From Candidatus Latescibacterota bacterium (lineage in GTDB: Bacteria; Latescibacterota; UBA2968), in NCBI GenBank assembly GCA_965207885.1, contig OZ242311.1:224001-288000 (forward strand): a DNA stretch of 64,000 nucleotides. Direction: 5' to 3'. The notes beneath the pieces are model-generated. The model did not search any database. It saw only the letters and a list, made by a program, of their open reading frames with translations, and was not told the DNA's origin. A program made the position numbers and the translations under genes. Of the stretch, positions 1-10,833 are shown in pieces. Within the stretch, counting starts at the first letter, position 1. Every line of letters starts with the position of its first letter.

Positions 1-23
1 CTATATGGATATCCTAAAAAATT

Positions 24-782
24 TTGAAGAACGTCCAGATCATCTACGATACGCATACACGGGATTTCCAAGCCCGTCTGGTGGTCGAAGTGGATGTTTC
101 TGATAAATCCGGAGAGGCCACCGTTGGTGTAGATATAGGCGAAGATTGGCTCATCGCCGCAGATTTCTGTGACGGCTCTCAGTATCTGGTCTGTGGACGG
201 ATGCTCAAGTCCACACGCCGATATTGGCAGAAGGTCAGAGCAAAGGTCAAACCGCCCAGCCAGGACCGTCCCAAGATGTCGAGGCGCTATCGCCAGATCG
301 CCAGAAAAGAAGCCCGACAAATCACACATGCCCTCCATATCGCCAGCAGACGGTTTGTGGTGGATGCGTATGCCGATAAGGGTGTAGGCACTATCATCCT
401 GGGAGACCTGACCGGCATCCGATCAAGCATCGCTTATGGCAAAAGGATGAATCAACGCCTGCACGCCTGGCCATATGCCAGACTCAGCGCGATGATTGAA
501 TACAAGGCTGCACTGCTTGGCATAAAGGTCAAAGTCGTCTCAGAGAAATATACCTCGCAGACTTGCCCACAATGTAATATAAGAAAGAAATCCAATCGCA
601 AACATCGTGGTTGGTACTCCTGTCATTGCGGCTTTGAAGGTCAAGCGGACCTGGTAGGTGCTTTCAATATCCATCGGCAAGTATCTGGGGTTTCCAGTAG
701 TGGGCGTTCGGCGCGCCCCGTGGTCTTGGTGTATGACCACCATACGGTCCACGAAGTTGCAAGTTCTCGGAAGGCAGCCTGA
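24..782 (+). CDS. tnpB: IS200/IS605-family TnpB, C-terminal RuvC/zinc-finger part (5'-truncated or frameshifted at the window edge)
   Basis: RuvC-I GVDIG, IILGDL, EKYTSQTCPQC...CHCG zinc finger, ADLVGAFNI. An in-frame TAA at 15-17 overlaps an A6 run (16-21), so the N-terminus is out of frame or absent. Confidence 0.85.
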   Translation: MKNVQIIYDTHTRDFQARLVVEVDVSDKSGEATVGVDIGEDWLIAADFCDGSQYLVCGRMLKSTRRYWQKVRAKVKPPSQDRPKMSRRYRQIARKEARQITHALHIASRRFVVDAYADKGVGTIILGDLTGIRSSIAYGKRMNQRLHAWPYARLSAMIEYKAALLGIKVKVVSEKYTSQTCPQCNIRKKSNRKHRGWYSCHCGFEGQADLVGAFNIHRQVSGVSSSGRSARPVVLVYDHHTVHEVASSRKAA

Positions 783-801
783 TAAAGGACAACCTCCGGA
801 A

Positions 802-832
802 TCCCTTGACTTCAGTCAAGGGAGCACGTCGA
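802..832 (+). mobile_element. IS200/IS605 right-end hairpin and 3' end of the omegaRNA scaffold
   Basis: Perfect hairpin TCCCTTGAC-TTCA-GTCAAGGGA followed by GCACGTCGA just after tnpB. The usual terminus is ...GTCAA, so the exact end is uncertain. Confidence 0.75.
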
Positions 833-932
833 GAACGTGGTGCTTTTGTCTTCGACGCTAAGATCAGTGCGGATTTTGGGATTGTCTTTTGTTGCTAAAA
901 TCACACTGGCCCTCATAGCATCCTCTTACCTA

Positions 933-1869
933 GGTAGTGTCTGAAAAGTCGTAAAGTATGTATTTTAGTTGCAGCATACGCCCTAAACCAAGGAGTATGA
1001 TATGCAACGGAGATATGAACTGCGCGACGAGGCTTGGCATCTGATCCAAGACCTGTTCCCACCGCCGAAGAAGATGGGTCGTCCCCGTCGGGATGATCGT
1101 ACATTATTCAACGGGATCTTCTGGATATTGTGTTCAGGTGCAGCTTGGCGCGACCTGCCAGAACGATATGGTCCTTGGCAGACAGCCTTTGACCGATTCT
1201 GCAAATGGAAACAGGATGGCACCTTTGATCGCATTGTAGAAAAGCTACATCTCAAATTGGGTGAAGATGGTCTTTTAGATTATGCGACCTGGATGATGGA
1301 TGCAACCCATATTCGAGCCACACAAGCCGCGGCAGGAGCGAAAAAAAAAGGGCAAAAAGGGTGAAGAAGAGCCCCCAGATCACGCTTTAGGACGCTCTCG
1401 TGGCGGTTTGACCACGAAAATCCATCTTCTTTGCGATGCAGTCGGGCATCCTTTAGCAGTGGATCTTCTCCCTGGTAACCAGTCAGAATCCACACAGGCT
1501 GAAAGGCTACTGTCAAAGGTATGCATACCCACCAAACGAGGGCGTCCAAGAAACCGACCCAAGTATCTGGTAGCTGATAAATCTTATGATGTCTCACGCA
1601 TCAGAGTCTATCTACGCAAACGGGGTATCAAGGCTGCTATCCCAAACAAGGCGATTCCCAAAGGCAGAAAACGGCGTAAGAGAGGACCACGGCCTAAGTG
1701 TGATAAAAGATTATATGCCAAACGCAATATCGTGGAGCGTCTCTTTGGTTGGCTTAAACACTGCCGACGGATTGTGACCCGATTTGAAAAAAAGGCGACT
1801 CATTTTCTCACTATGGTCAAGCTGGCCTGTATCAGACAACTCTTCAAAGCTTACTTTTCAGACACTACC
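933..1869 (+). mobile_element. IS5-family insertion sequence, copy 1 (937 bp)
   Basis: Terminal inverted repeats GGTAGTGTCTGAAAAG / CTTTTCAGACACTACC, TA duplication at 931-932 and 1870-1871, two-ORF DDE transposase. Confidence 0.93.
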
Positions 1870-1872
1870 TAA
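1002..1872 (+). CDS. IS5-family transposase, split in two frames (1002-1364 and up to 1872) at an A9 run (1341-1349)
   Basis: N-part GAAWRDLPERYGPWQT...DATHIR; C-part GRSRGGLTTKIH, LVADKSYD, RNIVERLFGWLK. Confidence 0.9.
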
Positions 1873-3596
1873 TATTCCCTGCACCGATTCGTAATCGGCA
1901 AGCGTCTATCGCGACCGAAAGCGCGGGGCGTGATCTTGATGCCGGGAGGCGCCTGGCGGCGTTTGTATTCGTTGATATCCACCGTGCGGATAACCCGCGT
2001 GACGAGTTCCTCATCATAGCCCAGCGCGATAATATCTTGCAGACTCGTATCGTCCTCCACATACGCTTTGAGAATGGGATCAAGCACAGAATAAGGAGGC
2101 AAACTATCCGTATCTTTCTGATTATCGCGCAACTCCGCCGTAGGCGGTCGTTCAATAATCGAAACGGGAATAACGGGATGATCCGACAGACCATTGCGAT
2201 AATGCGCCAGATCATAGACAAGCGTCTTGTAAATATCTTTAATAACCGCAAACCCACCCGCCATATCGCCGTAAAGCGTCGCATAACCCATACTCAATTC
2301 GCTCTTATTACCCGGCGCCAGCACGAGCGCGCGGAACTTATTGGCAAGCGCCATCAGCAAAGTACCCCGAATACGCGGCTGGATATTCTCCTCCGCAGTA
2401 TCAGAAGGCAAATCGCCAAACTCATCCGCAAGAAGACCGAGATACTGGTCGAACAACGTTTGAATCGGCAACGTCAGAATGCGAATATCGAGATTACCCG
2501 CCATCTGCAGAGCATCGTTAAACGTACCCTCTGACGAGAACTGAGTCGGCATCGTCACACACACCACATTCTCTCTCCCCAGCGCATCATAGGCAACAGC
2601 CGTAACAAGCGCCGAGTCAATCCCGCCAGACAACCCGATAAAAACCTTCTCAAACCCATTCTTCAAAACATAATCGCGCGTACCCAGAACAAGCGCATCG
2701 TAAATATTCTTGAGACGCTCATCTGGACGCGGAAAATCTGGCCTCTCAGACGGAGAAAGACATACAGATTTGGGTTTCAGGTCCGGCAAATCAATGGCGG
2801 TCGGAGCAGAAACATCGCGTTTCTCCTTGCGCCGACGCGAATCGTGCAGGCGATTGCGAAAAACAGCCTCAACATCAACATCCGCCACCAACAGATCTTC
2901 CTCAAACCGGGGCGCCCGCGCAACAACGCGCCCTTCCTGATCGACAATCAGGCTGCCCCCATCAAAAATCAATTCATCCTGCCCGCCGACGAGATTGCAA
3001 AAAGCCAGAACAGCACTATTATCCGTCGCGCGCGTAGCAATCATCTGCTCGCGCAACAACTCTTTGCCATCGTGAAAAGGAGAGGAAGAAATATTGATCA
3101 GCACCTCGGCATCGCCGGCAAGTGCTTGCTCCCGGGCGGGACCGCCGGGATACCAGATATCTTCGCAGATCGTAACCCCAAAAGTAATACCATTGAGACG
3201 ATACACCCCTGCGGTCTTGCCAGATTGGAAATAGCGGTCTTCGTCAAAGACGCCGTAATTGGGCAAATAGGTCTTGTGATAGACATCGATCAAGCGCCCA
3301 TCGCAAGCAATCGCTGCGGCATTGTAGATATCGTCGTGACGATCCACAAAACCGAAAATCGCAGCAACACCCTGCGTCGCCTGAACGAGCTCGTTCAACA
3401 CATCGAGGTTGGATTGGATAAACCGGGGCTTGAAAAGCAAATCTTCGGGCGGATAGCCCGGGATCGCGAGTTCGGGAAAAACGACAACATGCGCCCCCAA
3501 GTCGCGTGCCCTGTGAACATGGTCGAGAATTTTTTCACGGTTGCCCGCAAGATCACCTACGGTGACATTAATTTGCGATAGGGCAAGGCGAATCAC
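1869..3596 (-). CDS. nadE: Glutamine-dependent NAD+ synthetase
   Basis: Nitrilase-like domain (FPEL, K, ICEDIW) plus synthetase domain (GLSGGIDS, NKSE, GYATLYGD, PPTAEL, NEYKRRQAPPG). Confidence 0.97.
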   Translation of the reverse strand: MIRLALSQINVTVGDLAGNREKILDHVHRARDLGAHVVVFPELAIPGYPPEDLLFKPRFIQSNLDVLNELVQATQGVAAIFGFVDRHDDIYNAAAIACDGRLIDVYHKTYLPNYGVFDEDRYFQSGKTAGVYRLNGITFGVTICEDIWYPGGPAREQALAGDAEVLINISSSPFHDGKELLREQMIATRATDNSAVLAFCNLVGGQDELIFDGGSLIVDQEGRVVARAPRFEEDLLVADVDVEAVFRNRLHDSRRRKEKRDVSAPTAIDLPDLKPKSVCLSPSERPDFPRPDERLKNIYDALVLGTRDYVLKNGFEKVFIGLSGGIDSALVTAVAYDALGRENVVCVTMPTQFSSEGTFNDALQMAGNLDIRILTLPIQTLFDQYLGLLADEFGDLPSDTAEENIQPRIRGTLLMALANKFRALVLAPGNKSELSMGYATLYGDMAGGFAVIKDIYKTLVYDLAHYRNGLSDHPVIPVSIIERPPTAELRDNQKDTDSLPPYSVLDPILKAYVEDDTSLQDIIALGYDEELVTRVIRTVDINEYKRRQAPPGIKITPRAFGRDRRLPITNRCREY

Positions 3597-3608
3597 GTGT
3601 CCGGTCCT

Positions 3609-5432
3609 CTAATAATCGGAGTAGAAGAAGTGACGATAATCGACAATATCGGCACTTTCCCGCAAATCGGCAAACCAGGCAGTGAAAACCTCCTGGCGTT
3701 TTTGTGAAAGCACCTGCTGCAATAACGTCCCTTTTGCCGACCCTAAACCCGTTTCATCAACAGATTGTCTTTCCTCCACGCGCAAAATATAAGCCCCGCG
3801 GTCAGTCTTGACGACCTCGCTGGTCTGACCCGTTGACAAACGAAATGCCGCGCCCACAAAAGCGTTGCGACTGCCCACACTGGGAACAAAGCCCGTGCGC
3901 GCAAAAGACTGCGGTGTCTGAACCGTGAGATTGAAAAACTCGGCTGTCTCTTCGAGTGATTTCCCCGTCTTGATCTGCCCCATCACCTCGGCCAACCGAC
4001 CAGCCGCAACCTCGACCTTCTTTTTATTCTTCAAACTCGCCTCAATCTGCGGTTTAACCTCATCCAGAGGTCGGGGACCCGCCTCGCGGATCTCCCGCAA
4101 AGCGAAAACGTGGATACCCTGGTCATTTTCATAAACACTGGAAACATCGCCAGGAGAACCGCGCAAAAATTTGTTGACCAGCCCCGATGTGCTATTGCCC
4201 AGCAGAGGGAAAAAACTGCCAGCGGTAATAAACTCCGAGTCCTGACTTTGCAAATCCCTCTGATTGACAGCCGAGTCAAACCCGACATCCTCGGCTATTT
4301 CTGCAAACTCTTCGACAACCACGCGCAAACTATCGAGCGTATCGCGCCCGGGACGCACCTCAATGAGAATATGCCGCGCGTGAACCTCAAGGCTATCAGC
4401 CGCGCCTCTCGTCTCCTCCACCTTAATAACATGCCAGCCAAACTGCGTCTTGACAGGATCGGATATTTCCCCCGCATTGAGCGCGAAAGCCGCATCTTCA
4501 AAAGGCTTGACCATGCGACCTCGCCCAAAGAAGCCGAGATCGCCACCGCGCGGGCCACTTGGTCCATCGGAATACACCCTGGCGAGTTCGGCAAAATCAT
4601 CACCGGCTTTGGCCTCGGCGAAAACCCGATCAATCTCGGCTTTGGCTTCGGCTTCATCGCGTGCGGTTGCCGTTTTTTGCAACGAAACAAAAGCGACGCG
4701 CACGGCGGCATCTTCCTGGTATTCATCCCGATGCTCTTCGTAATAAGTTTGAATCTCAGCATCCGCGACCAGCGCGAGCGAGTCGGAAATGACGTTGGCA
4801 TCAAACCCGATATAAGATACGCGCACTTTTTCGTTCTGTTCGATATACGCCTGCTCGATCTCCGCATCGGAGACTTTGACCGAACCGACAATAAGGGTCT
4901 CGAGCTTTTGCGAAAGCAACTGGCTTCGCGCATTCTCTTCGGCAAACAGAACAAACTGCTTCATTCGGGGATCGCTGTACGTGCTGGGATCGTCGAGAAA
5001 CTGGTTATATTTAGCCAGATCAAATGTACCGTCAGTCTGGAAAAATTCTTGTTGTTGTATCCACTCAGCGGGTTGTGTGCGGTTGATGTGATCGACCTCA
5101 GCATCGGAAACCGTAATACCGTATTTGTCAATCTGTTGCCCAAACAGGGTTTGCGTAACCACGCGTTCCCACGTCTGAGAAATAATCTGACTGACATCGG
5201 GATCTTCATTACCCCGCGCTTTGGCCTGCTCGAGATCATTTCGGATTTCGGCTTCAAACTGCTTGACAGAAATATCCTGACCATTCACAGAACCGATATT
5301 GTCACCAACAGCGGCAAACCCCCGACTGCTAAAATCAGCCCCCCATTCAAACACCATAAGGCCGACAAAAGCAACCGCAACAATAATCATCATCGCCTTG
5401 ATAAAAGTAGCACTACGCATTTGAGCGAGCAT
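3609..5432 (-). CDS. PpiD/SurA-like peptidyl-prolyl cis-trans isomerase with N-terminal membrane anchor
   Basis: N-terminal TM, SurA-N region, parvulin motif [37 protein letters not shown]. Confidence 0.9.
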   Translation of the reverse strand: MLAQMRSATFIKAMMIIVAVAFVGLMVFEWGADFSSRGFAAVGDNIGSVNGQDISVKQFEAEIRNDLEQAKARGNEDPDVSQIISQTWERVVTQTLFGQQIDKYGITVSDAEVDHINRTQPAEWIQQQEFFQTDGTFDLAKYNQFLDDPSTYSDPRMKQFVLFAEENARSQLLSQKLETLIVGSVKVSDAEIEQAYIEQNEKVRVSYIGFDANVISDSLALVADAEIQTYYEEHRDEYQEDAAVRVAFVSLQKTATARDEAEAKAEIDRVFAEAKAGDDFAELARVYSDGPSGPRGGDLGFFGRGRMVKPFEDAAFALNAGEISDPVKTQFGWHVIKVEETRGAADSLEVHARHILIEVRPGRDTLDSLRVVVEEFAEIAEDVGFDSAVNQRDLQSQDSEFITAGSFFPLLGNSTSGLVNKFLRGSPGDVSSVYENDQGIHVFALREIREAGPRPLDEVKPQIEASLKNKKKVEVAAGRLAEVMGQIKTGKSLEETAEFFNLTVQTPQSFARTGFVPSVGSRNAFVGAAFRLSTGQTSEVVKTDRGAYILRVEERQSVDETGLGSAKGTLLQQVLSQKRQEVFTAWFADLRESADIVDYRHFFYSDY

Positions 5433-5609
5433 TGAAACTATTCCTCCGTTATAGAAGCGGTAAAACCAATATAGATAAGGTTAAATAATCTACCTGTTGG
5501 ACTTTGTACTGGCAAGGTTTTTTTATGTAAATGCAAGCAATTCAGCTTCTTGACGAGGGTGGGTAAAAGCCCTATACTCAAGGCGACAAGAGCTAAAATT
5601 ACTCCCATC

Positions 5610-5689
5610 CTGGATGCCTGCTTAAAGCATGCAGGCGTGACGACAGGTATAGCGAGTGTCATCGCGGCAGGCTGTTAGCCGCGATCCAG
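5610..5689. repeat. Inverted pair of REP-like palindromes
   Basis: GTCAC-GCCTGC-atgctttaa-GCAGGC-ATCCAG on the minus strand (5610-5641) and GTCAT-CGCGGC-aggctgtta-GCCGCG-ATCCAG on the plus strand (5658-5689). Confidence 0.75.
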
Positions 5690-5731
5690 AAGGTCTTTAG
5701 CTAACTACCAACCATAGCCCCGAATTTCTTC

Positions 5732-7741
5732 ATGCCTCGCCTATCTACCATAATTTGTATTCTCTTATCCCTCACCATAACTGCACACGCAGAAAATTAT
5801 CACTGGCCCATGGATGCCCCCCCGGCATTGACATCGACCTTTGGTGAATACCGGGGGGGGCGATTGCATGCGGCCATTGACCTGAAAACCTATGGCAAAG
5901 AAGGGTATCCCGTAACAGCGATTGCCGATGGGTACGTCTGGCGGGTCCGCACATCGCCCTGGGGATACGGGCGAGTGGTATATGTACAACTCGACAACGG
6001 CCTGTTCGCGCTCTGGGCGCACTTATCGGGATTTTCCAAACGCATCGAAAAATACGTCCAGCAAGAACAAGATCGCCGCGGAACATACAGCGTAAACCTG
6101 TATTTTCGCCCCGATCAAATCCCCGTCAAACGCGGAGAAGTGCTGGGCTATTCGGGCAGCACGGGCATTGGCGTACCGCATCTGCACTTCGAATTGCGCG
6201 ACGCGAAACACCGCCCCATCAATCCCCTGCTCCATGGATTTGATATCAAAGACACCATACCCCCAACCATACAGGCGATCGGCCTCGTACCCTTAAACGC
6301 AAATGCACGGGTCAAAAGCGGACACAAGCCAGTGTCACATCGCCTCGCCTATCGAACAAAAGAAAAAATCTTCACACATCCCGATACCGTAACCGTCTGG
6401 GGTCCCATCGGCATTGGCCTGAAAGCGTTTGACCGCGCAAATGACTCGCAACTAACAAATCGATTGGCCCCTTATCGCATGCGACTTCTAATAAATGGCG
6501 AAGAGATATTTCAAAAAACCTGTGGGCTATTTGGATACGACGTAACGCGCCACGGAGAACTCGCCTATGACTTTTATATGAGCCGTCGCGGCCTGGGGCG
6601 ATTTCACAGCCTGTATCGCAAACCCGGCAATCGCCTGCCTTTCTACGGCGATTACAAAGTGGGAGCAGGCGTATTATTTGCAGGGACAAAAACCAACGGT
6701 GCGGGACATGAACTCTCGCCGGGCGTACACCGCCTGCAGATCATTGCCGAAGACGTAAAGGGAAATCGCGCAAAAGCAGCCGTATTTTTGCGGGTGCAGA
6801 ACACAAATAGAAAATTTCCCTCAAAAAATTCACCACAACACACCCCAAAAATAACCAGCGAAATATCGTATTTCCCCACCTTTGCAGTTATCCGCATCTC
6901 AGCCAATCGGACACTGTCAGAAATGCCAACCGTCCGAGCACAACTTTCCAAACAATGGACGCGAACCCTCGCAGTTCAACAGACGAGTTCGCAAACATAT
7001 CAGGTTATCATTCCATTTGATGAAAAGTACGCCGACGACATAGACCTGCAAATTGAAACAAACGGACAAACCCAAAAACTGCGAATCATCCAGCAAACCG
7101 TCACACCAGATGGCGGAGAAATGCGCTCGGATGACGGATTGGTGCGGGTGCGATTTGAGAAAGAAGGCGTTTACGAAACCCTATTTGGACGCATAGAGTC
7201 CGAAAGCCAGATAAAGGACAAACGCATGGTGGGAACCGCATTCCGGATAATGCCCGGAGACGTGGCATTCAAAGGGGCAGAAATCGCGTTTATCTACCCT
7301 CCAGATCATCCCAATATAGACAAACTCGGCATCTACAAATGGAATGGAAGAAATAGCTGGACTTTTGTCGATAAGGGACGCGATTCAAAGACAGGTACTA
7401 TAACGGGAAATGTGCGAAACTTTGGTGTATTTGCATTGCTCGCCGACACTGTACCCCCCAGAATTGCCAGCATAACCCCCGCCAACGGCACAGTACTCAC
7501 ACAGCGCCAACCCAGAGTTGCAGCCTCTATATGGGATACATCTTCGGGTATCTGGCGAGATGAGGATATCGTAATGAAAATTAATGGCAAAGCCCTAATT
7601 GTGGAATACGACCCGGAAGAAAATCGCATCTTTGCCAAACCGCGAAAACCCCTGTCCTCCGGATCGCACAAACTGGAAATTATCGTGCGCGACATCTGTG
7701 GTAATGAATCGCGGCGCACCACCACATTCAGGACCAAATAG
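5732..7741 (+). CDS. Secreted M23-family metallopeptidase with C-terminal beta/Ig-like domains
   Basis: Signal peptide, TFGEYR..HAAIDL (HxxxD), AHLS, PHLHFELR (HxH), INPL. Confidence 0.9.
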   Translation: MPRLSTIICILLSLTITAHAENYHWPMDAPPALTSTFGEYRGGRLHAAIDLKTYGKEGYPVTAIADGYVWRVRTSPWGYGRVVYVQLDNGLFALWAHLSGFSKRIEKYVQQEQDRRGTYSVNLYFRPDQIPVKRGEVLGYSGSTGIGVPHLHFELRDAKHRPINPLLHGFDIKDTIPPTIQAIGLVPLNANARVKSGHKPVSHRLAYRTKEKIFTHPDTVTVWGPIGIGLKAFDRANDSQLTNRLAPYRMRLLINGEEIFQKTCGLFGYDVTRHGELAYDFYMSRRGLGRFHSLYRKPGNRLPFYGDYKVGAGVLFAGTKTNGAGHELSPGVHRLQIIAEDVKGNRAKAAVFLRVQNTNRKFPSKNSPQHTPKITSEISYFPTFAVIRISANRTLSEMPTVRAQLSKQWTRTLAVQQTSSQTYQVIIPFDEKYADDIDLQIETNGQTQKLRIIQQTVTPDGGEMRSDDGLVRVRFEKEGVYETLFGRIESESQIKDKRMVGTAFRIMPGDVAFKGAEIAFIYPPDHPNIDKLGIYKWNGRNSWTFVDKGRDSKTGTITGNVRNFGVFALLADTVPPRIASITPANGTVLTQRQPRVAASIWDTSSGIWRDEDIVMKINGKALIVEYDPEENRIFAKPRKPLSSGSHKLEIIVRDICGNESRRTTTFRTK

Positions 7742-7743
7742 CC

Positions 7744-8430
7744 ATGATGATTCCCCTCAAAGACGAACACCCTTCGGGAAGCGTGCCCGTATTGGTGATC
7801 GGCATATTGCTGGCCAATGTGGGCATCTTCGTGTACGCCTGGTTATTGGGCGACATCGGATTTCACGTATTTACCGCACGATATGGGGCGATCCCCTTTG
7901 AAATCATGCACGATGTTGACGCAATCTCTCCCACGCCCATCCCGCTATATCTCACGCTATTATCGTCGATGTTTATGCACGGCGGCATATTACATCTGGG
8001 CGGCAACATGCTGTATTTGTGGATATTTGGGAACAATATAGAAGCCGCGCTGGGACGTGCGCGATTCTTGTTCTTCTATTTATTTTGCGGGATAATAGCA
8101 ACACTATCACATGTGATTTCCGAACCGGAATCCACCATACCAATGGTGGGTGCCAGTGGCGCAATAGCGGGAATATTGGGAGGCTATCTGGCGGCATTTC
8201 CCGGCACGCGAATACTGGTACTCGTATTTTATTTTATCCTTCGCGTACCGGCACTAATCGTACTCGGCGGATGGTTTGTCATTCAGTTGCTCAACGCCTC
8301 AAGTGCCAGCGGCACAAGCGACGTCGCCTGGTTCGCCCACATTGCCGGATTTGTCGTAGGCTATGTGCTCATGCGACAATGGAAAAACAAAATCCCGACC
8401 AAAAGAGTATATGAGCAGTGGGAGTATTGA
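7744..8430 (+). CDS. Rhomboid-family intramembrane serine protease
   Basis: SMFMHGGILHLGGNMLYLWIFG, VGASGA, AHIAGF. Confidence 0.95.
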   Translation: MMIPLKDEHPSGSVPVLVIGILLANVGIFVYAWLLGDIGFHVFTARYGAIPFEIMHDVDAISPTPIPLYLTLLSSMFMHGGILHLGGNMLYLWIFGNNIEAALGRARFLFFYLFCGIIATLSHVISEPESTIPMVGASGAIAGILGGYLAAFPGTRILVLVFYFILRVPALIVLGGWFVIQLLNASSASGTSDVAWFAHIAGFVVGYVLMRQWKNKIPTKRVYEQWEY

Positions 8431-8436
8431 AAGCGA

Positions 8437-10806
8437 TCAAGGCATCGTAGATCCCACACTATCTACATCCCTCGGCGTCGTCCCCAATTTCCATTGGTCT
8501 ATGAGCCTGCGTATATCTTCGGGATTTTCAAGCGGTGGACCCAGGCGGAGCAGGTTTTCAAGCGAAGAAACAGCACGGGTAATGTCACCCGACTCGTAAA
8601 AATGGATAGCCAGCGCGTGATAGTGTGCGCCAACGAGTTGCCAGGTCTCCGGGAAATCGAGCGCGTATGGAGGCACGCGTTTTTCGACTTCCAGGAGAAC
8701 ATCATAAGCCTCTGTGTGCATACCCAGCCGAATGTACGCGCGGACAAGCCCATCAAAGAGAATCAAATAATTGCTGAGCAAACGGCGAGCAACCGGGTCT
8801 TTGTGAACCGTACTATCCGCAACGCCGGTGTACCGATAGACCTCGAGCAAATTGCGCCTGATCTTTTCCTCCTCAAACTGCTCATATCCCCGGGTCCTGA
8901 CCAATTTATACGCCATCCCCTCCATAGACAAATAGGACTTCAAACCCGCCATATTGATATCGGGTACGGTCACGGCAAAATAAATGGGCCGCTTTTCCCA
9001 GTTGTGTTTCACAATGCGCCATATCATCAAAGTATGGGGTTCCAGGACCGGCACCGTCTCTCTGCCTCTGCCCGTGGGATACCCGACTATGGGAAGATCC
9101 CCCCCCTCGAGTTTAAGACCTGCTACTTCTACGCTTCTGTCGTAATCCCAGGGAAGAGCCCCAAGCCATTCTTCAATCTCATCATCCTCCAGGTCAAATT
9201 CAATACCGTGCCTCTTCAGCTGTTTAATGTACCACGAAGTCTTGATAAGACTGAGATTGACAATTTGAATATCGTTTCGCACACCCTCAACGCCCTGCAA
9301 AAACCACAGAGGATACGTATCGTTATCCCCATTCGTAAACAAAATGGCATTCTCCTCGCAGGTAGCCATAATATTATAGGCATAATCATAGGACACAAAA
9401 TCGCCCGTGCGATCGTGTACGTGATAATTTTTCACCAGAATACCCGATGGCACCAGAAGCATGAGAGCCGCCGCGCCCCACGCCAGTGATGGCGTCTTCA
9501 TCCAGGCGATAAGCCCCGCAGCACCAATACCCATCCATACACCGAAAAATGTATAAGCCCCCACAAAGATATATTCGCGCTCGCGGGGTTCCGGGTCGGG
9601 CATATTGAGATAAAGCACAAGCCCCACGCCCATCAGGGCAAACATAGCAAAAAGGGAAGCAAAGCGTTTCCAATCCATACGCAGGTGATACACAGCACCG
9701 CCAATGCCGAGCGCGAGTGTAATCAGAGAATATTGAATGATCTCATATCGACTCATATAAACATCTACGGCACGGCGAAAAGCTGCGGAAATACCATCAA
9801 AAAACGGAAACTGCTGGAGAAAATATTTGATGTGAATATTAAACTGATAAGCCCAGGGTTCGGCGCGGCGTGGAAAAACGAGGTGGATCCCGTATTGCTG
9901 GCGCCCCATAAATGCTTTGAAATTCTCCCAGGTCTCGGGATCGTTCATATCAATCATAGGATTGAGACCCGAACGGATAAAAAGGGCGAAATACGTGGAA
10001 AAACCCAGCGCACCGATAATAATTCCCAAAAGCCAGAATTGGGGATTGCGCCACTCAGGTCTCAAAATGAGCAACCCGATAACAACGGCACCCGTCAGAA
10101 GTGCGGCGACACCAATGGGAAAAACAATAGATAAGAAAGGATAGAGGGTAAGCCCCACGACCACGAGCACCTGATGCTTAAGTGGTCGATCTTCCATCAA
10201 ATCGGTAAAAAGCAGAATGAGAATACCGGGAATGGTGAGCAAACACTGGAGATGTACACCTGCGCCGAGTCCAAAAAGATAGGCAATAAAGAGCAAGAGG
10301 CGATCGCTATTGTGGTCTTTGTGCGCGTCATCCCAGCGCAGAGCCACCCACACCGCCAACATGGTAATACACATCGACAGGCCATAAACTTCGGCTTCGA
10401 TGGCGTTATTCCAAAAAGAAAAAGAGAAAGCCGTGCTGAGGGAGGCAACCACACCCCCAACAAGGATAGCGACTTGTTGGATAGTATCTTCGCGATCCAA
10501 CCAGGTGGAGAGCAAACGGACAGTACACAAATAGATGAGAACAACTGTGGCAATACCAGCAGCAGCCGACAGGAGATTCACGCGAAAAGCGATTTCTCCA
10601 AAAGGCAACATGGAAAAGATACGCCCCAGCAAAGTATAGAACGGCGCGCCGGGGGGATGGGGAATGCCCAGAGTATAAGCAGTGGTGATAAACTCGCCAC
10701 AGTCCCAAAATGCAACAGTAGGTGCCAGTGTCGAGAGATAGATAACAGCCGTGACAAAAAATACCAGACCAGCGACGATCTTATTGCGCTGTCCAAATCC
10801 GTTCAT
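8437..10806 (-). CDS. DUF2723 multi-pass membrane protein (TMEM260-like putative glycosyltransferase)
   Basis: WDCGEFI..LGIPHPPGAP, EAEVY, EPREREY, FTNGDNDTYPLW; helical TPR-like C-terminus. Confidence 0.85.
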   Translation of the reverse strand: MNGFGQRNKIVAGLVFFVTAVIYLSTLAPTVAFWDCGEFITTAYTLGIPHPPGAPFYTLLGRIFSMLPFGEIAFRVNLLSAAAGIATVVLIYLCTVRLLSTWLDREDTIQQVAILVGGVVASLSTAFSFSFWNNAIEAEVYGLSMCITMLAVWVALRWDDAHKDHNSDRLLLFIAYLFGLGAGVHLQCLLTIPGILILLFTDLMEDRPLKHQVLVVVGLTLYPFLSIVFPIGVAALLTGAVVIGLLILRPEWRNPQFWLLGIIIGALGFSTYFALFIRSGLNPMIDMNDPETWENFKAFMGRQQYGIHLVFPRRAEPWAYQFNIHIKYFLQQFPFFDGISAAFRRAVDVYMSRYEIIQYSLITLALGIGGAVYHLRMDWKRFASLFAMFALMGVGLVLYLNMPDPEPREREYIFVGAYTFFGVWMGIGAAGLIAWMKTPSLAWGAAALMLLVPSGILVKNYHVHDRTGDFVSYDYAYNIMATCEENAILFTNGDNDTYPLWFLQGVEGVRNDIQIVNLSLIKTSWYIKQLKRHGIEFDLEDDEIEEWLGALPWDYDRSVEVAGLKLEGGDLPIVGYPTGRGRETVPVLEPHTLMIWRIVKHNWEKRPIYFAVTVPDINMAGLKSYLSMEGMAYKLVRTRGYEQFEEEKIRRNLLEVYRYTGVADSTVHKDPVARRLLSNYLILFDGLVRAYIRLGMHTEAYDVLLEVEKRVPPYALDFPETWQLVGAHYHALAIHFYESGDITRAVSSLENLLRLGPPLENPEDIRRLIDQWKLGTTPRDVDSVGSTMP

Positions 10807-10833
10807 AAAGTTTCTACTCGCATGTATGGGTTC

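Noticed and set aside
15-26. Programmed frameshift in tnpB at the A6 run
   Set aside because: It lies at the window edge and cannot be distinguished from decay or a homopolymer sequencing error.
4110-5435. Long antisense ORFs (also 2844-3581, 8494-9489, 16432-17286, 43428-44456, 46232-47086)
   Set aside because: Shadow frames opposite well-supported genes, with no recognisable motifs.
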